DNA from: Hydrolagus colliei
Lineage: Eukaryota
Length of the DNA: 64,000 nucleotides
Assembly: GCA_035084275.1 (NCBI GenBank)
Contig: CM068743.1
Span: forward strand, 51,460,001 to 51,524,000
Direction: 5' to 3'
A model generated the notes under the pieces. That model was not told the DNA's origin. It did no database searches and was given only the letters and a program-made list of their open reading frames with translations. Below are positions 26,603 to 37,327 of the stretch, piece by piece; the first letter of the stretch is position 1; each line of letters opens with the position of its first letter. A program made the position numbers and the translations under genes.

Positions 26603-26954
26603 ATGAATTACGAATTTGAACGAGAAATTGGTTTTATCAATAGTCAGCCGTCGCTTGCTGAGTGCCTGACATCTTTTCCCCCTGTCGGTGATACATTTCA
26701 AAGTTCATCAATCAAGAACTCGACGCTTTCACACTCGACAGTGATTCCTCCTCCTTTTGAGCAAACCATCCCTAGCCTGAATCCCAGCAGTCACCCTCGC
26801 CAAAGCCGGCCAAAACAGAGCCCAAATGGCACTAGCCCTCTACCAGCCGCGACTCTACCTCCGGAATACCCCTGGATGAAAGAGAAAAAAAACTCCAAGA
26901 AAAATCACCTACCTGCTTCTTCTGCAGCAGCAGCCTCATGTCTTTCCCACAAAG
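26603..26954 (+). CDS. hoxa2: Homeobox protein Hox-A2, exon 1
   Basis: [38 protein letters not shown] is the A2-type N-terminus. Hexapeptide [10 protein letters not shown]; phase 1 donor AAAG|GTCAGC. Confidence 0.97.
26705..26714 (-). promoter_or_regulatory. Exonic Hox-Pbx response element in HoxA2 exon 1
   Basis: TCATCAATCA reads TGATTGATGA on the minus strand, within the SSIK codons. It matches the known coding-embedded Hoxa2 r4 element. Confidence 0.7.
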
Positions 26955-27119
26955 GTCAGCTCAAAGGCGTTTATTCAGCATTATCATTACTATTAATACT
27001 ATTATTATTTTAAAACTAGTGCAGCGTTTTTTTCTCTCTCCACACGTATTTGCTTGTTTAATCAGTTGTATTTTTTTGCAGGTTAATAATTAAGAGACCG
27101 AATCACTTGCACTGACTTA

Positions 27120-27230
27120 TTTAATGGAGGATGATTTATTTGGCGAAGCTAGTCACAAAATGACCTTCTCTGCTCTTATCCCATCCCAGAGTTTTGATAT
27201 TTGACAGTAATGAAGAGTGATAGATGAGCG
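27120..27230 (+). promoter_or_regulatory. HoxA2 intronic r4 enhancer
   Basis: Pbx/Hox TGATTTAT (27132-27139), Prep/Meis TGACAG (27202-27207) and Pbx/Hox TGATAGAT (27218-27225), in the order known for the Hoxa2 intron enhancer. Confidence 0.8.
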
Positions 27231-27508
27231 CAGTTTCACGGTAAAGCGGCTGGTGCATGGAACAGTAAAATGCAGAAAGACTGTTGCAAACTTTGCTGCG
27301 AAGCTGAGCATTACTGGCAGGGATATATCTTTTTAAATGTCTTTAGTATTTCCAGCAAATGTCACACGCCACAGCCGCGGATACTGAAACAATGGGTCCA
27401 CAACACTCAGGCGGCCATTTTGTTGCAGTGAATGCTCTTATTTCATGTAATATTGTCTCAAGTGGGTTCTGGAAATAAATGTTCTTTTGCTGTTTGTTTT
27501 ATTCATAG

Positions 27509-28248
27509 AAACCCAAGACATCCCGGACAACACGGGCGGAGGATCGCGGAGGTTAAGGACAGCTTACACTAACACACAGCTACTGGAGCTGGAGAAAGAA
27601 TTTCACTTCAACAAGTATCTGTGCAGACCCAGGCGGGTGGAGATCGCAGCTCTGCTGGACTTGACTGAAAGACAAGTGAAAGTGTGGTTTCAGAACCGGC
27701 GAATGAAGCACAAAAGACAGACCCAGTGTAAAGAAAATCAGAATAGCGACGGCAAATTTAAGAGTCTGGAGGACAGTGGTCAGACCGAAGACGACGAGGA
27801 GAAGTCACTCTTTGAGCAAGCCCTCAACAATGTTTCTGGCGCTCTCTTGGACAGGGAAGGCTACACTTTTCAAACTAATGCACTGACTCAACAGCAGGCC
27901 CAGCATTTACACAATGGAGAATCCCAAAGTTTTCCAGTTTCTCCTTTACCGAGCAATGAGAAAAATCTAAAACATTTTCATCAGCAGTCACCCACTGTTC
28001 AAAACTGCCTGTCAACAATGGCCCAGAACTGTGCAGCTGGCTTAAACAATGACAGTCCAGAGGCCCTTGATGTCCCTTCTTTGCAGGATTTTAACGTCTT
28101 TTCTACAGAATCCTGTTTACAGCTTTCAGATGGAGTATCTCCTAGTTTACCAGGGTCTCTGGATAGCCCCGTGGATCTTTCCGCTGACAGTTTTGACTTT
28201 TTTACGGATACTCTAACCACAATCGATTTGCAGCATTTGAACTACTAA
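27509..28248 (+). CDS. hoxa2: Homeobox protein Hox-A2, exon 2
   Basis: Acceptor TTTTATTCATAG ends at 27508. Translates [42 protein letters not shown]...[13 protein letters not shown]. Spliced CDS is 1092 nt, 363 aa. Confidence 0.97.
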
Positions 28249-29764
28249 CTGAAAAGTCGTTGTGATAGGAATATATGCCTTCTTTTAAATTCGATTTCTT
28301 TCAATTTCTTTCCAATGGTCAATTGTTTTTTTCTAAAAAATAATTCTTTAATTAATTCGAACGTGATCGAGCTCTCAACTATAACTGCAAAAGTTTGGAC
28401 TCATTTTCCGTGTTTCCAACTCTTCCATCGAGCCCTGCCGGGAATTCCATGAAACAAATTGCATAGAAATTCAAGAATTCCCACTTTCTCTTCTTTACTT
28501 TTGTAATCTTTAGGGCTCGTTGTCAAAAATAATTTGACAAGAGCAAAGTATTATACGCTACAGGTAGTTTCCTGAAGCATTTTCTCTCTCAGGACTATTT
28601 TTTCACTTAATAAATATCCTTTCATTTCATTTGACACGAATTCATTAATAAAAAGGAACAGTCTGGTGAGTCTCGTTCTTTATTTTTTTCCCCCATAATA
28701 GAATTTATTGAAAAAAAGAGATGAATTGCAGAATCGTTATTGTACAACTTTACACAGACAATAAAACTGGTTTGAAAAACTTGGATCGAAACTGTTTGTA
28801 TTATGAAACAGGGCGCACAAGGGGAAATTTTTAATAGCGAATTAATGAAATTATCTATCAAATTAAACGAAGTACACGATGATTCATGTTTTAACATTAG
28901 CATCGTCATAATTTCGAAATAAAGATCAGGGAAATGAATATTACATTAATGCAGCAATTGGAAACACTCGGGAGACATTCTTCTCAGTTTTACACCGATG
29001 ACCACTCCGCAAATCTACAGGAAAGAAAAAAAGTTTAATGTTGTTCAATTCATGCGCGCTTGCTGCTGAACAAACTATTTTTTTATTTATTGATGTCAGT
29101 AGCTAATCTTCAACGGTGTTACCTCTGATTCCTTATCTCGCTTTCTGCCAGTCATCATCAGCAATACAGATACCGATAAGTTTTCGCTGCGTTAAGCGCG
29201 GTCCAGCCTGTTATATAATAAAACTGAAACTCATCTGGTCAAAAAACTCTCGCGTCACCAAGATTAACATCCAACAAGTCGGACTGTCTAAATTTAATTT
29301 CGATAATTGATTTTATTCAGTCTGAACCAAAGCAGGAGTAACTTCCCTTCCCTTTTTTTAAAAAAACTTAAGCAACGGCGCTGGCTTTCAGACCTATCCG
29401 GGAGTTCTTTCACGTGAAAAAGTACATTCAGCCCAAATGTTTAACGTGTCCACGATTTTGGTTTTGCAAACGACTTCGAAAATATGATCTGAAATCTTGT
29501 TTCGCATTCTATAGAATCACAAGGCATATTCTGGCTGGCTGTTATGTTTGCATTTGTATAAATAAAACAACAGATGTAGGAATGCGTCCCCATTGTGCAC
29601 ATGGTTTGCGAGGCATGAGTCGCTTTAAACTCTCCTTAAGAAATCCCCAAGTACTGGGTGTGAGTCTCATACAGGCTTGTAATTTTAGCCCTGGTTTCAC
29701 GGTATGTTTTTGTTGCTGCCTGGAACACGTTGACTGCTGCGTAAGCAGTGACAGGAACGGCTCT

Positions 29765-29840
29765 TGAGGTAATTCTTCCCAAACTCATAAATCAAACTGT
29801 TTTATGAATGAGAATGTCATCAAAGGGATCAATCGCAGCA
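29765..29840. promoter_or_regulatory. Putative conserved element between HoxA2 and HoxA1
   Basis: TCATAAATCA (Pbx/Hox, 29785-29794), TTTATGA (Cdx/Hox, 29801-29807), TGTCA and ATCAAAG (TCF/LEF, 29819-29825) are tightly clustered. Confidence 0.6.
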
Positions 29841-32410
29841 ACATGCACATACACACACACACAAAAATCATCTTACGTATTTGCCTGGACTGGGGAACCC
29901 CTGTCAGACTCTAACTTAGTAGGCGCTGAATCGTAATTCATTTTTACTGCTTATTTTCAAAGAACATGGCGGGTTATGTTGCTACTGTTGGCAGTCACTT
30001 CGAATTGTAAGTTACTGTTCAAAGATTTATAATCACGCTGCTGCAGTCTTACTGGTGTTTCTGGAGTGGCGTAGCCCTTTCACGTTATTTAAGTATGGAA
30101 ATAAATGAAAATGACTTTTACTGTGAACTGCATCATTCGTTTTGCATTTAGGCGTTTTATTACTTTCATCTGTTCGCTTGGTGTGTTCTATGAAAGGCGG
30201 TACTTTCCCTCCTATTAAACTAAATCTTAAAACGTAGAGAAAAATAGTGGCATGTTGTCGATATCCTGTCGCTATTAAACAAGTATTTACAAGACATAAT
30301 GACTGTGTTTACCAGCAGATTCATTCTTCCCAGGAAGACACAAGAAAATAGGATAAACTAATTTCAGTCTAAAGCGCCACAGAATCTCACGTTGTCCTCA
30401 ATACAACACAAAAACTAAAAGTCATTTGTTCGCTTGCAAACAGATATTCTACCAGATAATTCGTAAAGTAAAGTTCTTCATGTAAAAATATAGTTGGGGA
30501 GTGGAGGATTAGATGTTTTTGCGCAATTATGAATTAGAACTGCGCAACAAGCTTTGGGTTTTCGAAAACGATCCAGTCCAGGATTTCTTTAGCATCCGTT
30601 TGCTCTGACCTCATTATATTAATTTTGAGTTGCAGTAAATAAAGATGGCGGAGGCTGTTCGTTACATCAATGTCCCCTTTAATTCTAAGTTGCCAGCGTG
30701 CAGAAAAGATCAGGGAAAAGTGGAAGAAAATCATCTTTGGAGTTACCACTCTCTGATCTTTTTTTGGTTGATACTGTAGATATATATATTTTAAACCAAA
30801 CTCACAATTCCCATTCCCATTGTGGTGTGAAAAGGGAACGTGCGTCTTTTCAATGTATTACAGTTCCCTCGCAATCTGCATTTGGCCAGTTTTAGGACAA
30901 TGGGTGAATGGGTGACTTTAGTGTATGATTTTTTCGCATGGCTGGAGTTAACTGTAGCTTTACCGCGACACAAGCTTTACCACGATTTAGTGATGCAAAA
31001 TAATGACTTAAGAGTGATGGTTTCACTTTTTTTTAACAGAAAAGTGCACAAACTGTTCTCTCTTAGCAAAGAAGCACAAAGCAAAACAATTAATGAAACG
31101 CGCCAGGATTTTCTCTTTGCCGGAATGTGTCTTTTTTTTTATCAAGTCAGTTTAGAAATGCATTTGCATTGCTTTCAAAGTGTACGTCAGAAACAGTAAG
31201 ACAACTTAAAACAGTTGGCCTGCTTTCGTGACAAGACTACTCATCCCCTTAAATTATTTCTAAAAAAAAATCTTCCCCATGTATAATCTTTCATTAAAAC
31301 CTGCCAAGAATATGCTTTCAGGTCTCCCTGGTCGTATAAACAATCTAGATTTTCCGCGTGTGGTCTCCCTTCAAGAATCCTTGTTTACAGTAGAACTATA
31401 ATCCACCGTTTGTCATCATTCATTAATCGGGAGTAAATTGCTGCCTGGTACCCTGAAACACGTCACTCTGTAATGTGCAAAAGATTGATTCTAAGTCACC
31501 GCCGACCCTGACTGCTGGGACAGGGCGCTACAGGAAGCTGACAGATGGGCGGCAGCGACTTTAACATCGGACACGTTTGGCTACATTGTGTTTTAGCCAA
31601 GGGAGTTATTATTCATAACTGCGCCGGAAAAAAAAGTATACAGATTCACCCTGCAACTCGAGTAAATAGGCTGACACCCAATCTCACTTAAGAGAGGCTC
31701 CTCAGTCGTATGTAATCCTGCAGTTAAGGGGATGCATCCAACGGCCTGTGCTCAATTTTAAGAGCCTCCTCATTTCCATGCCAATAGCCAGAAAGCTTAG
31801 AACAGGCTAAAGGCAGCCGTTTGATAGGCTGCTGCCTGCCTCCCTCTGACACCAGAGCACAGAGAAGATATGGCGTCCTCTTACAAGCTCGCATCGTATC
31901 ATATACCACTTAAATATAAATCCGGATAGATTAGCCCTATTGGTTCAATCAATCATTTCACACTTTGCTAGCCGTATTTTGCAACGCGTAACACGGATTA
32001 GCATTTAATAGTAGGTATCACATGCTAATGCTTAAGGGTTTAGTTACTCATAAAGTGTGGCTTATGATTAGCTACGCCTTATCCAGATGCGAAGCAGCTC
32101 GCCAGCTGCTGTTACCTGTATGTGCATTAAAAAGAATAAGTGAATGAAGCGATCTGGTACACAATAGACCTTAACTCTTGTCGACCTACATGTCTCGAGA
32201 GTCTTGCTGAGAAAACGCCACTCACCCGCAAAAGCAACTGCTTCAGACGATTTGCTCGCTAATCCACAGTGGAGGCATGATTGCACTATCACCTTTCGTA
32301 CGGCTCTTAAGATTCCGGTGTTAGGTTTTCATCGAAAGGGTTTCCTACCTGACACTGAGAGAGAAAGAGAGAGGTTGCTGTGCGGCAGAAGTAATGATAG
32401 TCCCCCCACT

Positions 32411-32457
32411 GCAGGCGGGCGGGCAGGCAGGCAGGCAGGCAGGCAAGGCAGGCAGGC
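32411..32457. repeat. (GGCA)n/(GGCG)n tetranucleotide run upstream of HoxA1
   Basis: GCAGGCGGGCGGGCAGGCAGGCAGGCAGGCAGGCAAGGCAGGCAGGC. Confidence 0.85.
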
Positions 32458-32679
32458 GCGATAGCGTTTTACACCACTACCAATGCAGACCCGAGCAAAC
32501 AGTACGTGCATCTTGCATTCATTTCTGCTGCATTCTGCCGGGCATGCTTTGAAGTATAATGCATTAGTAGTGAGCTAATATGCGCGTAACCTTGATGGAA
32601 GAGCATTTGTTATTTAAATGCTACTAAAAAAAAAGGTGATCGATCACCGCCAGGATCCCGCAAACTTCGCAAGGGAGAC

Positions 32680-32829
32680 CCGGGATTGGCCGAACGAGGT
32701 CACGCGGGGACACTTGACTGTACATTGATATCATTTTCTTGCAGCCCCATTAAGGAAGAGGGTAACTTGGCACTGTCCATCCACTTGGTGGACAGTGATC
32801 ACTGTGTGTGCTGGACACTCCAGTGACAC
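32680..32829 (+). promoter_or_regulatory. HoxA1 proximal promoter and 5' UTR
   Basis: ATTGG (32685-32689) followed 10 nt later by TCACGCG (32700-32706), in a locally CpG-rich context just upstream of the ATG. Confidence 0.7.
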
Positions 32830-33457
32830 ATGGACAATGCGAGGATGAACTCCTTTCTAGATTATCCCATCATTAACGGAGAAACTGGGACTTGCTCGTC
32901 CAGAGGTTACCATGCCGATCAAGGAATTACAACTTATCAGTCCTGCGCTATTAGTACAAATAACTGCAACGCGGATGACCGGTATATCGTGAGCAGAAGT
33001 GTTCAGATAGGCGCTCCTCCTCCTCCTCACCACCACCACCAGTCCACCTACTCACCTCACAACAATTTAGGCATCTCCTATGCTACCCATCCCAACTGTG
33101 GCACAGGTTACCCTGCCCAGAGTTTTAACACAGGCTACAGTCATCACTACTCATTGAACCAGGACACGGATGGCAACGGAGGGTACCCTCAGTGTGCGCC
33201 TGCCGTCTATGCTGGGAGCATTGCCTCGGCTATTAGCCCACATCACCATGGCTATGGTGGGGTGGTGGGCCCAGGCCAATATCCCCATCACCCTTACGGA
33301 CAGGAGCAGCAGAGCCTTGGCGTCGCTCCAGGCTGCCACTCTTTATCCCCCGCCCATGGCAGTCACCAAGAAACCTGTTGCTCCCCTTCAGCCGAGACTC
33401 CTCCCCCGGCACAGACTTTTGACTGGATGAAAGTGAAGAGGAATCCACCGAAAACAG
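32830..33457 (+). CDS. hoxa1: Homeobox protein Hox-A1, exon 1
   Basis: [15 protein letters not shown] is the A1 N-terminus. Has a His tract, [11 protein letters not shown] and the hexapeptide [14 protein letters not shown]; phase 1 donor ACAG|GTAAAT. Confidence 0.97.
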
Positions 33458-33994
33458 GTAAATTGGTTGTGGATGTTTGTGAGGTACAACAAGAAAAGCG
33501 TGAGAGAGAGAATGCAAGTGTGCGTGTGTGTGTGTGTGAGATAGAGGGTATACATGAGGGAGAGAGAGGGAGATGACGCATTTCTAGGTATAAATAACCG
33601 TAAGGCGATTAAGAGAGGCCAAGAAATGTGTTGGAAAGGTGACAGCAAAGGTGCAGAAGACTGGAGTGAAAACGAATTTTATCTGTTGCACGTAGTGGCG
33701 AAGGTGTCACAGCCACAGTCTCATCTTCCAGTCGTTGGCTTTGATCTTTCTCCCTGTTCTCCCCAGTATTATTAATCCAAGCTGCAGCATCCAGCTGTTG
33801 ACAACTAACAGTTGCAGGGTGATCCTTTTAGGCCTCTCTGACAACTCATTTCCAGTGTAGTAAAGAGGCTATGATGGATTGTCAGCCTAGTAACGGTAGC
33901 TATTGACAGCACGACAGTCGTCAAACTCGTAACGCATAAATCTTCATCTTACTTACCTGTCCCTGTTGTGTGTTGTTTCTTTTTACTGATTTAG

Positions 33995-34350
33995 GAAAGG
34001 CTGGCGAGTACGGTTTTGCCGGTCAGCCCAATACGGTCAGAACCAATTTCACCACAAAGCAGCTAACGGAGCTGGAGAAGGAGTTTCACTTCAACAAGTA
34101 CTTGACCCGAGCCAGGCGAGTAGAAATCGCTGCCGCCCTCCAGCTGAACGAAACACAGGTAAAAATCTGGTTCCAGAACCGGCGTATGAAGCAGAAGAAA
34201 CGTGAGAAAGAAGGTCTCATATCAGCTTCTCCGGCTACCCCGCCTGGGAATGAAAACAATGCAGAAGACACCTCTGACAAGTCAAGCTCTAACTCTTCCA
34301 GCCCTTCCCCATCATCGTCTACCTCAGAAACTCTGAACACCTCAACCTGA
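33995..34350 (+). CDS. hoxa1: Homeobox protein Hox-A1, exon 2
   Basis: Acceptor TTTTTACTGATTTAG ends at 33994. Translates [74 protein letters not shown]. Spliced CDS is 984 nt, 327 aa. Confidence 0.97.
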
Positions 34351-35243
34351 AACATTCCTCGATATATTCAAACTGTGAAACATTGCTAAGTTTGCTGGTC
34401 ATTTTAAGTTTGAAAACAATACTGTACTATGAACAACCCCCCCCTCCCCCCACCCAACCCCTCTCACCCCCCCACCCCACCCCGAGAAACAAACGAAAAG
34501 AAACATAGTTTGTTTGCAAAAAAATGAATATGCTAATCTCCAAAGAAACCAAGAGATGCACTATTCCGAGTGTTTACAATAGGAAGCAACTACTGTATAG
34601 CACAGTTGTCCTATTTTAATTTAATGTGTTGCATATATATTGTAAGCTGCGTTGGTTGTATATATTTTGTCAAGAGTTTTATCTTTTTACAAGTTTTTCT
34701 AATGATGATGCTGAAATTCGGGGTCCATTGACCCTTATATGATGTAGATGTAGATTTTATAAACAAAAGGTAATCAAAGAATCAAAGTGTAAGTGAAAAT
34801 TCCCCTGTGTTGCAGAGGACGGGGAGCTGAGTGCGTTGGGAGCTCTTGCACTGTGAAAGTCATGAGTACAGAATATAGAGTATGCTTCATTGCACTGGCT
34901 GTGTAACTGTTGAAGGATATTAAGAATTTGTTTTCTTTTCTCAAATAAAGAATTCTGAAGTGGGTTGTCTTTAAGACCAGCAGTAGCACATTGTTTAAAT
35001 ACCTCAAAACCATAATGTTTACTTCGATATCTGTTGGACTTGATGTCATGAGTCACCTGTCAATGTAATTTATAGCCAAATGTGGGTTCGTGTCTGGAAT
35101 TTTGCATGATCCAATACCGTTGGTGTGTATCTCCTAAATACTGAGTTTTATCAGTTTCCTTTTGTGATTATGTGTTATGTACAATCAGCACGTGATTTGA
35201 GATAGTTCTGGGATTTTCTGTGACTTAAATCCAGGACAGAATT

Positions 35244-35269
35244 TACGGGTCCAAATAAATTCTATTAAA
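35244..35269 (+). terminator. Likely HoxA1 3' end: miR-99/100 seed site and polyadenylation signals
   Basis: TACGGGT (35244-35250), AATAAA (35254-35259) and ATTAAA (35264-35269), followed by the U/GU-rich TTTTGTTG. Confidence 0.6.
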
Positions 35270-35639
35270 AAAACGAGCTTTTGTTGCTATAAATCAAACC
35301 CAACTTGCACAATCATCCAACGGCGTTAGAAAAATCCCCCCACAGACATTCTGCATTTTCACGTTACACACACTTTGTTTATGTTAGATTCTTCGTTGAT
35401 AAGAATTGTGGAAAACAAAAATCCACCGTTTCAAAACGGTGATTTTGTATAACCAATTGATTGGGTAACTTGCCATATTTTGCTGTCGGTCTATTTGGCC
35501 GGAAAGGCCAACAGTAAAATATGGCAAGTTACTGTTCACAGGATAGAAAATGCAATAACTCGAAACGTGTTTGAAGTAACTTTAAATAAACAAGGCAAAA
35601 GGCAAGGCGAGTATTCCTGCACATTCCACTTCCAAGGGT

Positions 35640-35653
35640 TGACCTTTTCACCT
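35640..35653 (-). promoter_or_regulatory. Candidate DR2 RARE 3' of HoxA1
   Basis: TGACCT-tt-TCACCT reads AGGTGA-aa-AGGTCA on the minus strand, 1.3 kb after the HoxA1 stop. Confidence 0.6.
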
Positions 35654-37310
35654 TGAATAGATCATTTACATATATGTAAACAACGCAATCTGCAAAGACA
35701 GCCATTGTCACCAACTGGTTTGCTTCGAGTTACAAGACTAACAGCTGGAACATCCCCCAAAGGCTTTGATGAATCCACATTAATAGATATAATGGAACGA
35801 AAAGTTCAACCGATAGAATTTTTCTTTTTAAAAATATCAGATGAAACTTGGCACCAAAGTGTCTTGAAATTGTTTGATCGAACAACAACACTGTGAGCGG
35901 CGTGACTAGAATGTCACCGGCGTTTGCTTAAGAACCAACATGATTAAATTCAGTTTGGTGTCAATAGGAAAGTCAATGGTTTTCTGGGCACGTCGGCCCT
36001 ATCAAGGGAAAAATCTGCTCTGGAGCTGCTTGCCTTTAGATGGTTGGGATCGATGCAAAATAACTTCAAAAGAAACCTTCAACTTCTGGCCCATTTGATA
36101 CCCCGGGGTTTCAGTATTACTTTCTGTTTATTGAATAGTCCACAAACATGCCTATACTCGGAAGAAAGTATTTCCTTCTTTTCAAACAAAACATAAACAT
36201 ATCGTCCTACAGAATTTCGTGAAATTGCTTCTTGCCTTATTAAGTGCTGACGTTGAGTTTGGTAATATATTTTTATTTGTGTTGAAAACTGCAACAGTTT
36301 CAAGGTATAAAATCTGTTGCTGGTGTCTGGGTATAACGTCCACTCGCTGTGAAAAATCGTTTGCCTGCATCTCTGCGGCTGCCAACCTACACTTTGTCTC
36401 GAATGCAAGGCACGATTGCAATGTCTTTATAATCCACCTTTCTCATTTCTTCTCATTCCGTAGATGGATCAACCCGATTTCGCTCATTGCTGAAATCTTA
36501 ACAGTATCATTATTAATATGTACTATTATTAATATAGTTAAATATATTTTACATTCGGAATAGCAACACAAATATTCTCCCTTCATCCATGGCAAAATTG
36601 GAAGCGCAAATTGTGTCATAATTTAAAAGGGGAAGAATATAAAAATAATGATAAACTTCCCAAATAACCAGTGTCGTCACCAGATGCTTCATTCTAATGA
36701 TATCATAGGATTTTCAACATTAATAAATGTACACCGAAGCTTTCAATTAATTAACTTGATATAATAGTAAAAATAATAGTGACTTATCATGTCATTGAGA
36801 CGTCTCGATCTACCTATTAAATCCACATAGCATATATACTCGCAAACAATAAGACTTGCCAGTGTAAAATCACAAGAAAATAACCGAGAGTATCTTTTAT
36901 CAAACGTTTAAAATAATCTGTAAATAGCTGCAACAGTTTTTTTTACCAAACGTCTAGGTATGTGATACTCTTATTATATCGGCATTATATTTCCAATTGT
37001 TCCTTCAATGCCTATGTGTTATTAAATCGATCTTTTATCAACCCAGGTTTATCCCTCTTTGCTCCTATTAATGTGGAGGGAATAGCTGGATTGCCCCCGA
37101 ATAACAAGGGCAATAGCCCGTATTGTTCATTCCACTGTAACAATCAACCACTCGAATTTACCTTTTTTGTCTTGTCGCAGCTCGGCTATTTTTCTCCAGG
37201 GCAATCAGATTAAAGTTGATCAATATTTACTCTGTGTGGAAAGCTGACTGAAAACCCTATAGGCTGGGAAAGAGCTTCGCACTGGCTGCTCAGCCTTGTT
37301 TAGACCCACC

Positions 37311-37327
37311 AGTTCACCGAAAGTTCA
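37311..37327 (+). promoter_or_regulatory. HoxA1 3' DR5 RARE
   Basis: AGTTCA-ccgaa-AGTTCA, about 3 kb after the stop. The spacer matches the well-known mammalian Hoxa1 3' RARE (GGTTCAccgaaAGTTCA); AAATTAATTCAGC follows. Confidence 0.92.

Noticed and set aside
34086-34355. Antisense and alternative-frame ORFs over Hox exons (also 18182-18619, 21478-21705, 27999-28220, 33151-33648)
   Set aside because: Shadows of the real coding frames; no independent start or splice signals.
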